Assembly (NCBI GenBank): GCA_051362555.1 | Contig: CM120644.1 | Coordinates: 9,122,954-9,186,953, forward strand | Source of the DNA: Lingula anatina | Lineage: Eukaryota; Animalia; Brachiopoda | Direction of reading: 5' to 3' | Length of the DNA stretch: 64,000 bases | Shown here: positions 14,901 to 26,934 of the stretch, in pieces | Layout of the letters: each line of letters starts with the position of its first letter | How positions within the stretch are numbered: position 1 is the stretch's first letter | Translations under genes and position numbers: made by a program | The notes under the pieces: model-generated | Databases searched by the model: none | Told to the model about the DNA's origin: nothing | What the model saw: only the letters and a program-made list of their open reading frames with translations

Positions 14901-16890
14901 CACACTGACACGCATTTTACAAACGTACGTCCGGATTATTCTAAGTTGAGTGGGTTGGTGACAGTGTCGTCGGTCTCTGCAGTAAGACTTATTTCTGCTT
15001 CGAATATGATACAAAAATCCAAGTTTATTTGTAAGAGTATTTAAATGTGCTATATTAAACAAAAAGAAGTGGTAGTGGCATCAATGGAGGGATCAGGCTG
15101 CTAAATAATACCAAGCACCTTCTGTCCAATAAAGAAACGCCTTAGACCCCATTCCCACAGATTTTAGATCGATCTATCCCTGTGGGGAGTCTCACTAGAT
15201 TACTGTTAGCTTAGCCGGCTTAAGCGTCTGTTCCACCTACTAAAAGCTGTAAGGGGGTAATTAACTATGGTGCCCGCTCGGCTGACTGCAATTTAGCGTG
15301 AACCCCCAGGGAGTTAGGTCGATCTAAATCTAAATCTCTGGATCAATCTTAATCTCTGGGAATGCACCCTTAGGCATCTAGTATCTTTAAATAAAATATT
15401 CGTAAAAGTTGCTGTGGTGTTGATTTTCCTTTTCAAATAAACAAATATATATTTAAAAGATTTCTAGCGATGAAACGCCACTCATGCAACACTTAATGCA
15501 TTCTACTGTATTCTCACATATCCGCTTGACAAGCATTTGACAAAAAGCGTGATTGTGCAGAGCAAAACACAGCGGTACTTGACATAAAATATAAGTGCGT
15601 AGTGTTTATACAGTACCGTGCCAGATATCAATTCACTCACTGTATTACTTAATATCACAAAACCGATTCAAACCGGCTATAAAGATACTAGAAACGTTCT
15701 TTGTCTGTCTCGCAACTCCTTTTTAGTATTATTGTATGGAATGTTCTAGAAAAAAATATAATAAAACGTGCCTATTGGATTTCTGGTTAAAGAGCTGTTA
15801 TACAATATTCTAACTATAAAAATGTGATTACAAAGTCAATTAATAACTTCACTGATACAAATATAATATTTCAATCACTGCATTCAAAAGTGTCTCATTA
15901 TCTATACGCATGACTGAGCATTTTGTTCTCGAACCCAGAGGTTATACAATAACGGTTCTGTAAGCCCTCGCCTCAATATTTTTTTTGTAAATAATTATAG
16001 TTTAAGTGTAGCACTTGAAAAATGTGCCGTTTCGAATGGTTCATGCTAAGCGACCCATCTTTGTTCACCCTTAATGTAATTCACGAGGCTTTCAAACTGA
16101 TGATACCTGAGACACCCGTGTTTCTTCATAGCGTAACTAAAAATAACTGTGCATCTCTTTTAGATTGTGCATCTAAACAACTGAGGAAGGCCACGGTATA
16201 ATAATAAAACTATTCAAGAACTTTTCCCAGATCCCCTTTGAAATGGATAACACTGAAATTACTTTGCGATCCCCCAAAAAGCAGCTCAGAAACGACTCAC
16301 ATGTATAGTACTTCTGCCCACTGTGATAATTGTTCACAAAAGCGAAGATAAGAACAAATGTCTTCTGAAATTGTTCAAGCGAAATGAAAAATTATTTTAA
16401 TATCGTATAATACACGAAGGACTATATAAAACCAAATATGCTGTATGAATATATAAAGCAAAGACAAACATATAGACTTAAACAGAGCTGATGGAATTCT
16501 TTTCTTACAAACATAACCAAACCAACAAACCAATACTTCAAGTGTGAATATTATTAGAATGGAAATCTTACCCACTGCTCTTCCTTCCTTTTCCACGATA
16601 ACCCAACCTTCTTCACTTATTTTGAAGAGGGTTTCGATCATATCTTGATGTGTATTCCACATAGCTTCCTCTGTCAGTTTCCAAACCCCAGGGACGTCTT
16701 CCATTTTTCCTGGGCGTAGAAGAAGCTCGTGGCTTCCCTCCACCCTCGAAGTGAAGGTGCGCCAAGACACAGGCACGGGACCCACAAATCTGCAGAATGG
16801 ATGCCGACCTAATAATGTAGGCAAAAGTTCAGCGTACTTAGTTCTACAAAGCCTTCTTCCTAACATGGGAGATAACTTTTCTGTTATCAT
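8233..16890 (-). CDS. Tandem-GNAT acyltransferase copy 2, 346 aa; join complement(8233..8867,9248..9334,16572..16890)
   Basis: Exons of 319+87+635 bp are in frame with canonical splice sites. Intron 1 is expanded to about 7.2 kb by insertions, and its flanks align with copy 1 intron 1. Confidence 0.8.
8878..8920. repeat. (AAAT)n microsatellite in the acceptor region of copy 2 exon 3
   Basis: Direct reading; it explains the spurious LFIY repeat in the ORF track. Confidence 0.9.
9949..10492. mobile_element. Foldback MITE with ~160-bp TIRs (PIF/Harbinger-like)
   Basis: GAGCGCATTCTCAACGAATTAAGCC... is inverted at 10340-10492, with TAT on both flanks. Confidence 0.8.
10521..13605. mobile_element. 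~3.1-kb non-autonomous TIR DNA transposon (hAT- or P-like)
   Basis: ~30-bp TIRs CAG(G)GAATTATATCGGAGGGAATGGAAACGGG, flanked by a (g)aactgag duplication of 7-8 bp. Confidence 0.75.
14280..15005 (+). pseudogene. Decayed protein-primed family-B DNA polymerase fragment (Polinton/Maverick or adintovirus-like)
   Basis: Read across stops and frameshifts: LLKWYLKHGLRVTRLYQVVEY, FGNAVSDARS*GDRDKTKAIVADTMKLIDNLDYGK (motif B, KLxxNSxYGK), VYQYAKLRMLEFDYDFMLKFVDPSDFQYC / DSTYIAI (broken DTDS motif C), WFPHTD, and KRTSGLF*VEWVGDSVVGLCSKTYFC. Confidence 0.8.
15145..15369. mobile_element. ~220-bp Harbinger/Tourist-like MITE family A (other copies ~2584-2812, 20291-20505, 27647-27861, 60995-61201; fragment ~57361-57390)
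   Basis: TIRs ...CATTCCCA(C/G)AGATTT(T)AGATCGATC and a shared interior. The TSD is TTA at this copy. Confidence 0.8.
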
Positions 16891-17319
16891 CGTTGCCAAG
16901 TTAATTTTGGATTGCTGTATGGTCTAAAGATGTTAAGAAATGTGTTCCGTCTCGCAGCACGTCATGATAGCGATATGCAACCATGTATGTTAAGGGGCGG
17001 GTCACAGGGTATGAGTGACAGCCAGGCCGAAGTGTGGCCAGGCATGCACATGCAAGATAAAGGAGACCAAGATTAAAGAATTTAGGAAGAAGGCAGAAAA
17101 CGCACTAGGTGTGTCGAGAAGTCATTTATTTTTACTTATTATTACTCCTTTCTCTCTCTGTGTGTGCGTTTGTTTGGGGGTGGGGTCGGAATGAGTATAG
17201 TTTTGTGAGCGTTTAATTAGGTATATATGTGCGACTCAAATAAAAACCTTTTCATTGCGTTAGTATTACCCTTTATGTGTTTATTATTTATCCTTTAAAA
17301 CTTGTGGATGCTCCCTCTC

Positions 17320-17381
<62 letters not shown>
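17320..17381. repeat. (CT)n microsatellite
   Basis: Direct reading. Confidence 0.95.
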
Positions 17382-17383
<2 letters not shown>

Positions 17384-17550
17384 TTTCTTTTGCCACTTAT
17401 GTTCCGGATTACAAAAATGCGCCAGTATGAATATACAACCACGTGCACATTCACGGGCACACAAACTGCATACGAGTGCTCATACGCATGGCGCACTGTC
17501 CAAAACACCTAAGCTTTACCTCACAATATTTTCCGTGACACATATTTCAG

Positions 17551-17723
17551 GCACACATTTCACCTTGAACGAATTCCATAACCGTATACTGAAGACTGGT
17601 CCAGTGCTCCTAAGTATACAGGAGACTGTTATTAATATGTACATAATGAAAGGCAGACAAAATTGTAAACAGACCAGCGGTCCTTTTTTATATTTGTTGG
17701 GGACACGGTCGCTGTCTTGCTAA
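17551..17723 (+). pseudogene. Orphan duplicate of the DUF885 last exon
   Basis: tttcAG then THFTLNEFHNRILKTGPVLLSIQETVI, homologous to 102-310. Flanks ~17440-17900 resemble 1-450. The tail is degenerate and there are no upstream exons. Confidence 0.75.
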
Positions 17724-19425
17724 TTCTTTACATCAAAGTAGTTCTGTACCATATCATCAAACAGTTCATCACTTTTTACATTTATGTCCTTTGGATACAT
17801 GCTTAGAAAAACGTAGCGGCTTGATAAGGTCCATTAATAAATAACCTATGCATTGAATAAAAGACATCATGTTTATTGTACACGTTTAAACATGTTGTAA
17901 TATTAAATATTACGTAGATTAACTCGAGGTGTTGCCATACCAGCACAGCGCTGGCAAGCTGAGTGCATTGTGTTGAGCGTTATTGTCAATTGTGTTAGAG
18001 GAGCTCATTGCGATGCGCCTTGCATTGCAGGCCAGTACGTGTGTGTAAAGTGGCTAAAAATTACCAGCGAAATAGTGCTTGTGCTTGTTTCGATATTTTG
18101 GGATTCGTTATTTACAGGGCTTTATACGCCTGAACAAAACATTATTTATTATCAACATACAGCAATGTGATACATGTAGCCACATGCAGTTACATATACT
18201 CTAGGTACATGATAGCTACAGTGGGCGTTAATAGGATAATGTGCAGCCTATTTGCGAGGGGTAAAATATTATATATTTAGATGAGGCCTTGTTTGCGAAG
18301 CCCACACGGAGCATTCCTAGACAGGTGACTTTTCTTAACTATGAGCTTGTTTTATACTGAGATTGGCTTCACACTTGACGTTATAGCGCAGCACGAGACC
18401 CAACGCAGTTCGCACCAGTACGCTTTAAGTTTTATCAAGCCTCTAAAAAAGGGAATCATTAAAAAACGTTCAAATGTGTAAAAGCTGGTATGTTTTTCAT
18501 TCATGCAATTACGACGATGCAAATTTTAAGAAAGATATATTCCGTCGAGAAAATATAATTTTTTTCTGCTAAACTCGGTTTACAGGTGGAATGACGTGGT
18601 ACCATACCTGGAAATTTAAAGCTATTGAATCAATTCACGTCCCGTTTCTTTTGCTGATAAGCCTGTCGGAAACTTTCATTGATAGATGATTTCAGATGCT
18701 TTTATTTTCATTTTGATTTACACTGAGATAACATTCGACTTCTGACGGATATCCTCTTATAATAAGCAAACCCAACATTTAGAAATAATTTCTGGCAAAA
18801 AGACTTATATTTGATATTTTAGAACTCGAACCCTCGTATATGTGTCTCCCTTTCCCCCGAGACTGCAGGATGTATTTTGATATGCCTCTGAAAAGGTGGA
18901 AAGTGTTTTTTTTTCTCCCCCCCCCCCACACACACACACATAAGCACAACCTACTCATATCCTGTTTTTCCATAAAGACAAGGATTGTCCTCTTGAATAG
19001 CAATTATTCAGTGCTGTACGGTATTCGTTGTCTAATTAAGTTTGTTTTTAAGTATTTTCCACCCCCGTAATATGGACTTTGTGAAATATTGAATATACAA
19101 GTCATATGACTTTTGTTTAGCCCTAAAAACATTTATTGTCAATCATTTTTATGCACACATCTGCGATGCTATTATACCTTTATTTATGTCGTTTAATTGA
19201 GCACTTCAATATTCCATATTAAATGAATAATATCAATGAGACGCACAATATTGAACCCTCGGTGATACACGTAATACATCATTCAGTCCAGTCATGTTAA
19301 TTGATTTGAGACTCCGCCAATAATAAAATCAACTGAAAGAACATAAATTGTAAATACACCAAAACTTAAACTTGACACAAACCAAAAAGGGGACAAAATA
19401 CATATATACATACAAACGCATAATC

Positions 19426-22400
19426 TTAGCATTTTCCGCATGCGTTCGAAAATAATGAAAATACATTATTCCATTTTGGAGGGGGAGAATAGCATTTCAG
19501 GGCAAATTTCTGATAGGTATCGAACAGTTTCACTGTGCTTTCGTTGGCCTTCAGGATCTCTTGACCAGCTTCGTTTGCATATGGCAGTAAAATATCGACG
19601 TTGGAATCTCGTGGAATGAGGTCCACCAGAGCCTTGAAGAGAACCATGGTTCCAATCGTATTTTCTGCATAGAGGGGTCCAAGGGAGAAACCGTTCATAG
19701 CAGGCCTGATTGATCCGTACCCGGCTATCTTTCCCTTCTCCAACAAGACGAGCGTTTCTGCCGTTGTTTGGCCAAGCCATAACTTCAACTTTTCCGGTCT
19801 TGGTACCCCGTGGTATGACGCATCATAATCAATCAGATCCGATTGGTCAATTTTTGTCACGTCTAACAAGCGGTAACTGCGTTCTGCATCTGGTGGAAGT
19901 GGGGTGTTCTTGAAGACGCCGGAATATTTCCCGACAACTTTTCCCATAGAAAGCGGGACACCGGTGTATCTTTCATATGTATCGAACATTTGCTTAGTGA
20001 GGCTAGCATGAACGTTTGCGTCTCCAAATTCCTCTAAAAATTTCATCATCAGTTTTCCTCCTGCAAGAAAATATTGGTTAAAATCACAACAATTACTTAG
20101 AACTTATGTTTGGTAAGCAAAGGCGGATCCAAGATATTGTTAAGAGGGGGAGAGGTGCACAAAGTTGAAAAAAAATTAACAGTATGATGGGACTAGGACT
20201 ATCATATTATTAAACAAATACGGGTATGACACGTAGGGAAGTTACCCCAGCAGACAGAGTGACGTTTTTCCTTTTATTAGAAGTGCCTTTGGGTGTATTC
20301 CCAGAGATTTAGATCGATCCAGAGACTAAGATTTAGATCCCTGGTGGTTCACGCTAAATTGCAGTCAGCCGAGCACGAACCATAGTTAATTACCCCTTTA
20401 CAGCTTTCAGTAGGCGGGACAGACGCTTAAGCCGGCTAAGCTGACAGTAATCTAGTATGGCTCCCCACAGGGATACATCGATCTAAAATCTATGGAAATG
20501 GGGTCTATCTTACACAAAGTGCTGTTCGTGCTATTAAAATAACCACTTTTAGAGCGCAAACTCTCTAAAATACTGGTTAGAGATATATTTTTAATTAACA
20601 TGATTTGATACATGTATATACTTACCCACACCATAACCACGCATCTTTGGAGACATTATAAGATGACCCGCAGTCCTCAGGTCATCATTGAATTTATACG
20701 TGAGAAGGCAACCTGAAAAACGTGATTGGTTACACTACACATATGCATTGAACCACCATTTTCTTTCCTTATTCTTTGAATTTTGTCAAACGCACATCTT
20801 GTTTAAATAACTCATTTTTTTGTGATTTATTATGCACATCAAAACTATTTCAGAGATTTAAACATTATACATTATTAATTAGAGCTGCCTTAACAACCGA
20901 ACCCATTATTGAGCGACTTAAAATGTCCAAATAAGACAGATTGCTTAGCAAGTAGAGGACACATTGTGGAGAGTAAGTACATGTACTCTGTCTAACGGAT
21001 ATTTCAACCGAAAGATTTATAATTTGACACCCAAGTACTAGGTCTTTACGTGTTTTGCGCCGGGTTTTTAAGAAGGTCGAACTTGTACACGTCACATTCG
21101 CTTCTTTTAAAAAACCTACCGTTTCTCCGAGCAATGGGAATGGAAGAGAAAAAGACCTATAACCTTATAAAGAGGAATAATATGAACTTTCAGAGGTCCT
21201 TTTAGCTAGTCTGGGAAAATAAATTTCCGTGGATTATTTTTATTGGCAAGGCCATGGCTAGCTGGCCCTTCAGGTCGTCGCACAAAAAACTGTTTTATTA
21301 ACAAAATGCCCAACACATGAAAATGTCTGATTTTGAGTAACTGTTTGACAGATGGCAGTGGTAATGACAGTCACCGTTTAAGAAATTTACGGTTAGATGA
21401 TATGGATACGTTTGCCCTTATATATACAGTTAAACAAACAGTTCATCATAAAAATATTGTTTCTTTTTTATTTCTTGTATTTATAACTGTTGAAAAAAAT
21501 TAAAATGTAGTATTCCCATAAATATCTTTTAATTAATAATGCACATGTAGTTTTTTATTTATTTACTAGATTTTTCTCGGTCATTAAAACAGGTTATCAG
21601 AACTAGATAAATACACTTCAGCTTTCTGGGGTGAAATCCTACCAAAATTCACCATTTTGCTTCAAATTTTCAAAATTTTCTTGGAAATTTCCCCTAAACA
21701 CTCATCAGCGGAGGGGGGAGGGAATCTCCTTACAAGCCAGCCTTCCTCACGAAAAAATACTATTTCTAGCTGCATGTCAATAAATTAGTTGACAAGTCCA
21801 CCCAGGCCTTTGTATACCTAATGAAATGTCTCAGGCTGAGTTCACAACGTCGGTCAGTTGCTAATGGTCATGCGAGTATAAGAGGTAAACATATTTTCAT
21901 TCTAATTCTACTGGTTGTGTATAAATATTCACTCAGTGAAAGATGCTCTTTTAAAACGGAGCACCACATCGTCCCTGATCGTCCCAATCAGGTTGCCGAT
22001 GTATTGTCATTGAAACACAAAGAGAGACGACCGTAATCTGTAATTGGATCCGCAAAGTTGAATAACAGGCCTACCCAAATACCAGACTCGGCACGTTTAC
22101 GGATCCTGAATTAACCGGTATATCGGACCACACTACCAGTTTTCAAGGTGTGTGTCAGATCGCATTTCGGGGTATCAATCAGACCACCGACGGGATGAGC
22201 CCGCAGTCGCCCTACAAAAATTGTTCTGGGGTATATGATACTCCGAAATGCGATCTGACACAGGCCTGAATAAACTATACCCTACTATTGTTATGTGATG
22301 TGGAATTGTCATTAAATTTGATGAAAGCGTGAGGAATGTACTGCGACAAAGGCGGGACCTGCCTTTTAAGGCACAATGCTCCACTGCCCAGGATATTGAA

Positions 22401-24583
22401 GTGTCCGGAGACTTAGAGATCATTCACGCTATGATTATCGGTCTATGTAGATTGATTCAACTCCACGGGAGCTCTCAATGAATGCAGTCGGACTAAAACT
22501 TTACAGATTAACAAGCCTCCTTTTGTTTCCAATGTTCTCGTACTGTACTTTGTTAGCATGGCCAGAAATGTGCAGCATTTACGCGATACGCGAGGGCGCA
22601 ACAGTAGGGCTTCACGTGACTCAACTAACCAATCACAGCACAAGAATGGCATCGCACACAGACTCTGTGATAAGTGCTCGTCAAGTAGTGTTAGTTTATG
22701 GTAACAAGCGTCTGATATGTGCAGAGAAGTTTATTATTAGAATATATATTGTTCTTATTGTTACATTATTAAATCTAACTCTGAATCCAAGTAGAAACTA
22801 TACTGTAACAAGTCAGGTACTGATGATGTAGGCTACAGAGGTCATATATTCCAGAATAAGCCATTACCACTGATTTATAACTTTCATTTTTGTTTAATAT
22901 GTTATTCATGAAAGAGTTCATGAAAGATTATTTTAATTTGTTAAATTGTAATCTTATTCTTTTTATATTCAAATAATGGAATACTGTCGGTAAAATTGGT
23001 CTTCCACTTCTTATTTGCATTTTTCCTTTACTACAAGATTATTTTGGAACAGTTGCAGCATTAAAAATTTAAATGAAAAGCAATCTGAAAGAAGAATTTT
23101 GCATAATTATTAAATGATGATAGGAATTTTGGATTAAGAGATTAGTGAAATACTGAGTAGTGATATGGTCAGTCAATTCATGTAGAATCTGATAATATGA
23201 TTGAAAATACTGATTGAATTCTTGGCCATGCACTGGGCAGTTTTACATTTGTGCCAAGTGCTCTTTTTGGACTCCATTGTACAATGGTAAAAAATCTTAA
23301 ATTGCCATGAAATTTTTTAATCAGACTCTATATGTTACTGCTATTAGCTGGTGCTATCGGCAACGAATTAATTTCCCTTTGTTTCTGAGTGAATCTACCG
23401 TCTAAAATCACTATTACTGAAAATATTTGCGTTTTGCTGAGGGTAGTCTAGGCAGTATACGGCAAACTTCTAAGTACGTGTGTACAACAGAATTTTTTTA
23501 AAAACCCTAGCAATATTTGGTCAGGAGTTGCTTGAAACATAGCACAGCGTTCCTGTCTATCGGCATCAGGCCGTTAGTTTGTCAATTCTCACGAATTACC
23601 CACGAATCGCGAACCCATTCATTTTCCTATGGCAATCTAGCAACTCATTAAAAATGCACGCATGCGCAGTGGGCTAGGCGTGACGTCATGCAGTGCATTT
23701 CTGGGGATGGTTATCAGCCTTCTTTATATAATAACGAAAAACGAAAATTGTGTTTGACGATAAAACCGCTTTTGGGGCGCATTTTTCAGGGCTGAGTTTG
23801 GCTATTTTGGTTGAACATTCTTGGTATATGAATATAGTGCTGATATATGAATTCTACCTGTCTGGAGTTACCCAAAGTAACAAGGAAGGAATTAAATTAA
23901 TGGTTTTGTTTGTGCATTTAGACAAATCCTAAAAAGGGATTTAATGTATAGGAATATTTTATTTAAATGAAGTAATTACTCAGGTTTTCCAAGAGATCAA
24001 CAGAGGACTTAAATTGTATGACTTCTCACAAATTAAACAATTGAAGAAAACTGCTTTATTTAGTATAGCTATCTACGGGAAATACTTAACAGCACAATTA
24101 CCAACTTTTCTGTATTCTACTCAACCTGATTGCATTCAGCGAGAGTCCCCACGGAGTTGGTTCGATTTACGGTTTTCATTGAGAATGAGCCCTTACAAGC
24201 TAGACAGAGAAGTATCTTTCTTATAAAATGTAAACAAGACAAATAGAAAAATAAACACATGAAAACCTATCCGTTTATCAATAATAAGAGGATAATATAT
24301 TCAGGAATATTCCTCCGTCCTTTTCTGCGATAATCCAGCCATTGTTACTCATTTTGAAATGGGTCTCAACCACGTCTTGGTGCATATTCCATTTGGCTTC
24401 CTCTGTCACTTGCCATACCCCAGGGACGTCTTCCATTCTGCCTCGGCGTAAAGTGACCCCTTGGCTCCCCTCCGTGTCAGAAGCAAAGGACCGCTGAGGC
24501 ACAGGTCGGGGTCCCCCGAACAGCGCAGGCAACAGCTGGTCGTGCACAGCACGAAAAAAGCGTGAAGTTATAGGAGACGACAT
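19426..24583 (-). pseudogene. Tandem-GNAT copy 3 (most divergent; exon-1 donor missing); exons 19426..20060, 20626..20712, ~24310..24583
   Basis: Exon 2 (87 bp) and exon 3 (635 bp) are open with good splice sites. Exon 1 reads ...AEKDGGIFLN and lacks the conserved VG|GT donor, running to a stop at 24278. The protein ends in CGKC. Confidence 0.6.
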
Positions 24584-24684
24584 TTCTGTTTTCGTCGCTA
24601 ATTTTGGAAAGCCGTGTAATGTGCCTTTGTTCAGGGAAGTGTTCAACTCCGCAGCACGGTATGAAATGTTAAAATAAGACTTAT

Positions 24685-24755
24685 AAGACTTATAACAGCT
24701 CTTCAACTATTCGTGAGGTTGGAGTGATGTCACAAAGTGGGCGGAGCGTTGTCAC
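24685..24755 (-). promoter_or_regulatory. Possible core promoter of copy 3
   Basis: TTATAAG occurs twice about 100 bp upstream of the ATG, with a GC box GGGCGGAG and a CRE-like TGATGTCA. These are motif matches only. Confidence 0.3.
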
Positions 24756-25342
24756 GCAGCAGGGGTAGGCTCAATATCAAGAGAGAACCTTACACAAAGA
24801 ACATAATTATAGGGGCATGCCAACACAGGGAAAGTGATAACGTGGTTGTTGAGATGACGTAACAATGGTGTTTAAAATAGTCATCACCATTAGAGGTGCC
24901 TATTATTCGTCAAAACTCGATTTCAGCTTTGTAATTTATCCTTTCTGTGCATTTAGTTTCACGACCAGCTGTCTACGAAAACGGCTAGCGCACACAATTC
25001 ATTTACTGGGAGCATACCTTTTACTACTATCAGCCCACCTAACCAGATAAAAACCAGTGTGGCCATTACACCATGCGATGTTATCTTAGTCACAGAGTTC
25101 TGACAGGGATCGTTCATATCTATAGGTTCTCCTAGACAATAACCGACACTGCATAACATTAAGTATAAAACAACACAACACAACACACCTGTATAAAGTG
25201 CATACGGACGCATTTAGCGCACTTTTTTTTCAACCCACCTTCAATCATTTACAAACAAAACACAATATAAATAAATAAATCATAAACACGAGGAGACCCT
25301 CTCCTCACCAAACCTATGTATCATCTCTCCCTTTTGTACAAA

Positions 25343-25515
25343 AAAGAATCACCGGGATATCACATCCCAGATAGCTCTTCGGAGCTCATCTTTCCCTTAC
25401 ATAGGGAATCACCGGGATATCATATGCCAAACAGCTGTTCTGAGCTCATCTTTCCTTACATAGGGATTTAACAGAATATCACAACCCAAACAGCTCTTCC
25501 GAGCTCATCTCTCCA
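25343..25515. repeat. ~60-bp minisatellite, about 3 imperfect units
   Basis: gaatcaccgggatatca...agctcttc.gagctcatctttcc recurs at a period of about 60 bp. Confidence 0.75.
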
Positions 25516-26160
25516 TAAAACAAGGGGAAACCATTTCCCAAACAGCTCTTATTAATCGAAACCATTAATTTAATATATTAATGAACATTAATTGCACTGA
25601 CACTGCAATTTCTGAAAATTAAACATAAAATATCATTATTCACGCAAGTATTCATACATAAGCACATAATCGTAAACCTTCTCACATAAAACAACACACA
25701 CGCATATACACTGTACGCTTACAGTATTTGCTTTGTAACATTAAATAAAAAAAAATGAAAACAAATGAAGTAATAATATAAAAAGAATCATATATAATAA
25801 ACAAATTGAAACAACATGACCCCCCCCCCCCCAAAAAAAAAAAAAAACAAAAAAAAAACGAAAGACAAATTTAAAATTTACGCGTTAACTGGTCCGCGCT
25901 AACTGAGGGAATGAGCAACTGTCGCAACTTACCCACAATTCTTACCAATAGCACAACTAGCACAATGTACACAGTGTCGCCCCCAGAAGAAAATAATTCC
26001 ATTCTAATTCACTTCTCTGAACCGAATAGAATTATACTTATTTATGTTCGACGTCGGTATGCAGACTACTTTAAACACAAATAGGATAACATTTAGACGA
26101 CATATTGACAAAATATGAGGAAAGAGGAAACAAATACTTCGTAAAAACACGTACAAATTT

Positions 26161-26780
26161 TTAGCACAGCCCACATTCACAAGAAAGTAATGCAAATACA
26201 TTATTCCACTTGGGCGCTGGAATATAACTTTTCCTAGCACATTTGTAAAAAGTGTCGTTCAACCCTACTGTGCTTACGTTGGCCTTCAGAACATGTCGAC
26301 CTGCTTCATTCTTATGAGGCAGAAAAAAATCCACGTTGGAATCTCGTGGAATGAGGTTTATCAGACCCTTGAAGAGAATTATGCTTCCAATCGTATTTTC
26401 TGCATACAGAGGTCCAAGGTATAAACCGTTTTTAGCAGGCCTAATTGATCCGTATCCAGCTATCTTTCCCCTTTCCAACAAGACGAGCGATTTTGCCGTA
26501 TTTTGACCAAGCCAAATCTTCGGCATTTCCGGTCTTGGTATCACGTGATATGACGTATCATATTTAATGAGGTCAGATTGGTCAATTTGCCTCACGTCAG
26601 TTAAGTGATATTCTGCATCGGGTGGAAGAGGGACGTTTTTAAAGATGCCCAAATATTTTCCTCCGGTGTCTCCCTTATAAAGCGGACCAACGCTGTATCT
26701 TTCATATGTATCTATCATATGAGGAATGGAGCTATAAAAGAATATTTCTGTAGCCATGTTCCTCAAATATTTTCCTCAAA
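26161..26780 (-). pseudogene. Tandem-GNAT copy 4, exon-3-only pseudogene
   Basis: The acceptor and the first GGQI codons are deleted, there is a +1 frameshift near 26735, and there is a 6-bp deletion (PPDAE--YH). No exon 1 or exon 2 homologue was seen between 26.8 and 31 kb. Confidence 0.8.
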
Positions 26781-26898
26781 ATAATAATGGGCACAAGATA
26801 ATAATGGGCTAATATTCTTTCTGTTAGCAATTATGCAACATGTATTCTAGCATAGCTTACTGCACTAGCAACTTTACTATACGCTATACTAACTTTTT

Positions 26899-26934
<36 letters not shown>

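Noticed and set aside
17277-17508. ORFs with LSLSLS / ERERER repeats
   Set aside because: Translations of the (CT)n microsatellite.
25343-25515. CRISPR-like repeat array
   Set aside because: The units are contiguous with no unique spacers, there are no cas genes, and the context is eukaryotic. It is a minisatellite.
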